Shown here one piece after another: positions 61,548 to 64,000 of a stretch of DNA of 64,000 bases; position 1 is the first letter of the stretch; every line of letters starts with the position of its first letter. The position numbers were made by a program, and so were the translations under genes. Location: positions 1,116,001-1,180,000 of the forward strand of contig CDROCS010000506.1 in the NCBI GenBank assembly GCA_977020255.1. The letters run 5' to 3'. The DNA comes from Obrimoposthia wandeli (lineage: Eukaryota). The notes under the pieces are model-generated. The model saw nothing but the letters and a program-made list of their open reading frames with translations. It was not told where the DNA came from and searched no databases.

Positions 61548-63467
61548 CTACTTAGGTGAATACCAAATAGGTGAAGAATAAGCACGTTCTTGAGCCACTA
61601 ACTCCGCGGCTTTAGGCACTTTTGCACCTAATCTTACTTTGTCATAAAGCACCCAACGCGGTGTTGGAATTTCTAAGACGCGTACATAATAAAAAGCCGA
61701 TTCGTTTTTATCAAAATTGGGATCTGTCCAAACCGTTGATAGCTGTGCATTACCAATACTATTGCTCCAAGTTGCCGTGTTTAAATCAACCGTATTACCG
61801 ACCGGTTTTGTGGCACGGCCGTCTTGGTTTATTTGGCGGTCATCTGATACTGCAACATCGTAAACTCGTTCGTGGAGTTCCCCTTTATTATCCATCCAAC
61901 CTTTAATGATTTGCACTCGGTCTAAGTTGCCACTTAATGGATCTTTCATTACTGACACCATAAAGGTTGGCGCTTTATTACCTGAAGACTGCTGCAAATC
62001 GCCGCCCATTGGCACACCTTTACTATAACCAATTTTTACCGCATCACTTGCCGATACGTCCGCCGCCTTATAATCCCAACCACCAAAAAATCTGACCGTC
62101 ATTCTTGGGCCTGTCGTGGCGTACGTTTCTTTTCTTTCCATCGCATCAAATAACGCTTCACGGGTATTTTCATGTGCCCAAATACCGGTATATCCAGATG
62201 CAACTAAGGTATAACCTTCAATCGCGCCTAGTTTTGATTCTATAAACGGGTGATTAACACGGCCGACACTGGGTTCAACACTCGGTGATTTACCAAAGAA
62301 GTTTTCTTCTTCAGCGGTAACGAGTGATGTGTGGCTATCGGTCGCACCACCGACACCAAATTTGTACGGGTTAACACCAAACTGTTTCTCGAGTAATAAG
62401 CCTTGTTTAAGTGCCTCACGCGCGTATTCACCTTTTAACATTTCTGGTTTTTTAAGTTCGGAGATATCTAAATTACCGACATCCCAATTTTCATAATCAG
62501 CGAACTCATCTTTTGGGGACAAGTCAGGATGTGCTTCCCCATCACCTTTTATTTGAGTAACTTCGTAATGCGGTTCCCATTTAGCACGAGCTTCGACATA
62601 CGCTTTATCGACCACACCGCCGTGGTATGTTTTTTTAGTTGGAAACATCCAGCCATTAGATAAATTACCATTGTGAGCAAAAGCAAATGCTCTACCGCCA
62701 GTGTCTTTTTCATAAGCCGCTAGCCATTTATATAAAGATTTAGGGTCGGTACTGCCGTAAGGCGAAAGTGTCGTCGCGGGTTGAACCTGTAGTGCTTTAT
62801 CAGCATTATCTCTAAAAATAACATTACGATGAAGGTTGAATCCTTTAGGCACTGAGGTCCACTCATAACCAATAAAAGCGGTAAATAAACCCGGCTCATT
62901 ATGTTTCTCGGCGGCTTCGACAATATCTTTCCATACCCCGTTAAACACTTTAGACCCGGGGCTGTAATCCTCTAAAAATGCTTTCGGTAGTGTGCCTTGG
63001 GAAAAGTTTTGAATTAAATCAAATGCTGCTTTTCCTGCTTCTTGACCGCCTTTTTGAAAAGCGGCGTTATATTCTTTGCCTTTGTCTACAGCGAGAATGT
63101 TAGGTGTACCTGATTTTATATCCGCAGCAATGCCCATTAAGTCGGTATGGTCGGTAATGACCATCCAATCAAGGGGACGAGATAATTTAACGGGTAGGCC
63201 CGTTGATGAGGTGATTTCTTCGCCTTTAGCTAAACGGTAAGCTTCATCAAGACCAACGGTATTACCAAACAAGCCTGCGTCGAGTGATAAACCAGTATGC
63301 AAATGAGAGTCACCCCAATATACATTTACAGGCATCGTTGATGAGGCATAAGGAGAGTAGCTTTGATCTGCAGGACTTTTGTTTGCACTGGAATCTGCGA
63401 TTACAATACTTGAGGCTAGCCCCATTTGAATTGCGACTGTAAGTTGTAATAACTTAATAGTTTTCAT
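61548..63467 (-). CDS. Secreted DUF3604 protein (PHP-like metallohydrolase fold)
   Basis: Signal peptide; YWGDSHLHT; TDH; HRNVIFR; TDSH; [11 protein letters not shown]. Confidence 0.85.
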   Translation of the reverse strand: MKTIKLLQLTVAIQMGLASSIVIADSSANKSPADQSYSPYASSTMPVNVYWGDSHLHTGLSLDAGLFGNTVGLDEAYRLAKGEEITSSTGLPVKLSRPLDWMVITDHTDLMGIAADIKSGTPNILAVDKGKEYNAAFQKGGQEAGKAAFDLIQNFSQGTLPKAFLEDYSPGSKVFNGVWKDIVEAAEKHNEPGLFTAFIGYEWTSVPKGFNLHRNVIFRDNADKALQVQPATTLSPYGSTDPKSLYKWLAAYEKDTGGRAFAFAHNGNLSNGWMFPTKKTYHGGVVDKAYVEARAKWEPHYEVTQIKGDGEAHPDLSPKDEFADYENWDVGNLDISELKKPEMLKGEYAREALKQGLLLEKQFGVNPYKFGVGGATDSHTSLVTAEEENFFGKSPSVEPSVGRVNHPFIESKLGAIEGYTLVASGYTGIWAHENTREALFDAMERKETYATTGPRMTVRFFGGWDYKAADVSASDAVKIGYSKGVPMGGDLQQSSGNKAPTFMVSVMKDPLSGNLDRVQIIKGWMDNKGELHERVYDVAVSDDRQINQDGRATKPVGNTVDLNTATWSNSIGNAQLSTVWTDPNFDKNESAFYYVRVLEIPTPRWVLYDKVRLGAKVPKAAELVAQERAYSSPIWYSPK

Positions 63468-63787
63468 GTAATTTCCTTACTATTTAATGTCAATTACCTA
63501 GTAATTCATTTCACGCCAAAATTTACTTTACGTTATAGACAATAAGGCCTACAACCTGATATTCATTACCTTTAATTAACGATGACGCCCTAACTAACAA
63601 GTCACTAACCAATCAGCAAACGATAAACTATAGATTAGTATTTATTTAATATTTATCTATCAATACTAAAATTATTTTATGAAATAAATGCTTGAAACCG
63701 TCCTAAACGCAATGTGGTTATGAAAGTAGTTAATATGTTAAAAATAATATCGTAGAATAAGTAATCTTATCCAAAGTTCATAATCTA

Positions 63788-64000
63788 ATGAAAATTCAAC
63801 TACAAAAAGCCACTTTAATAAAACGCTACAAACGCTTTTTAGCCGATGTCATCCTTGAAAATGGTGAAGAAGTCACAATCCATTGTGCCAATACCGGTGC
63901 AATGACTGGTTGTGGCGATGCTGGCGATACGATCTGGTATTCGACATCTGATAATCCAAAACGTAAATATTCACGCTCTTGGGAACTGACCGAAAAAGCC
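63788..64000 (+). CDS. sfsA: Sugar fermentation stimulation protein A (5' part)
   Basis: Hand translation: [21 protein letters not shown]...[11 protein letters not shown]...; runs off the window. Confidence 0.93.
   Translation, partial: MKIQLQKATLIKRYKRFLADVILENGEEVTIHCANTGAMTGCGDAGDTIWYSTSDNPKRKYSRSWELTEKA

Noticed and set aside
5587-62923. Numerous 60-130-aa ORFs antisense to or nested in long genes
   Set aside because: Shadow ORFs of well-supported genes, with no RBS or motifs.

Overview
64 kb of chromosome from a marine gammaproteobacterium. Gene order and AT-rich codon usage suggest Moritella or a relative (inference). The backbone is conserved and intact: yejABEF, raiA-pheA/tyrA-aroF, tal, bamC-dapA-gcvR, perM, a porin, a VexEF-like RND pump, erpA, hemL, mrcB, arfB, rlmF, hrpB and the start of sfsA. 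Two accessory blocks interrupt it. (1) About 21.4-36.9 kb, around and between bcp and perM. It holds a decayed P2/186-type integrase element ending in a tmRNA-3'-end-like att fragment and carrying a putative Abi gene; an NsrR-box-controlled chemoreceptor-nsrR operon near a globin; a MocR regulator divergent from phhAB with phased 11-bp sites; and nearly all the broken genes in the window (DUF6314, bcp, integrase, a HExxH lipoprotein, a Pla-1/VolA lipase). (2) About 58.3-63.5 kb, between hrpB and sfsA, with a DUF3604 / PPIase-like / HupE-UreJ trio. Other signals are an orphan promoter-to-terminator sRNA candidate, a family of ERIC/MITE-like TATACCC...GGGTATA elements, and many short tandem duplications. 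No rRNA, tRNA or CRISPR array was seen. All family assignments come from motif recognition, not database searches.
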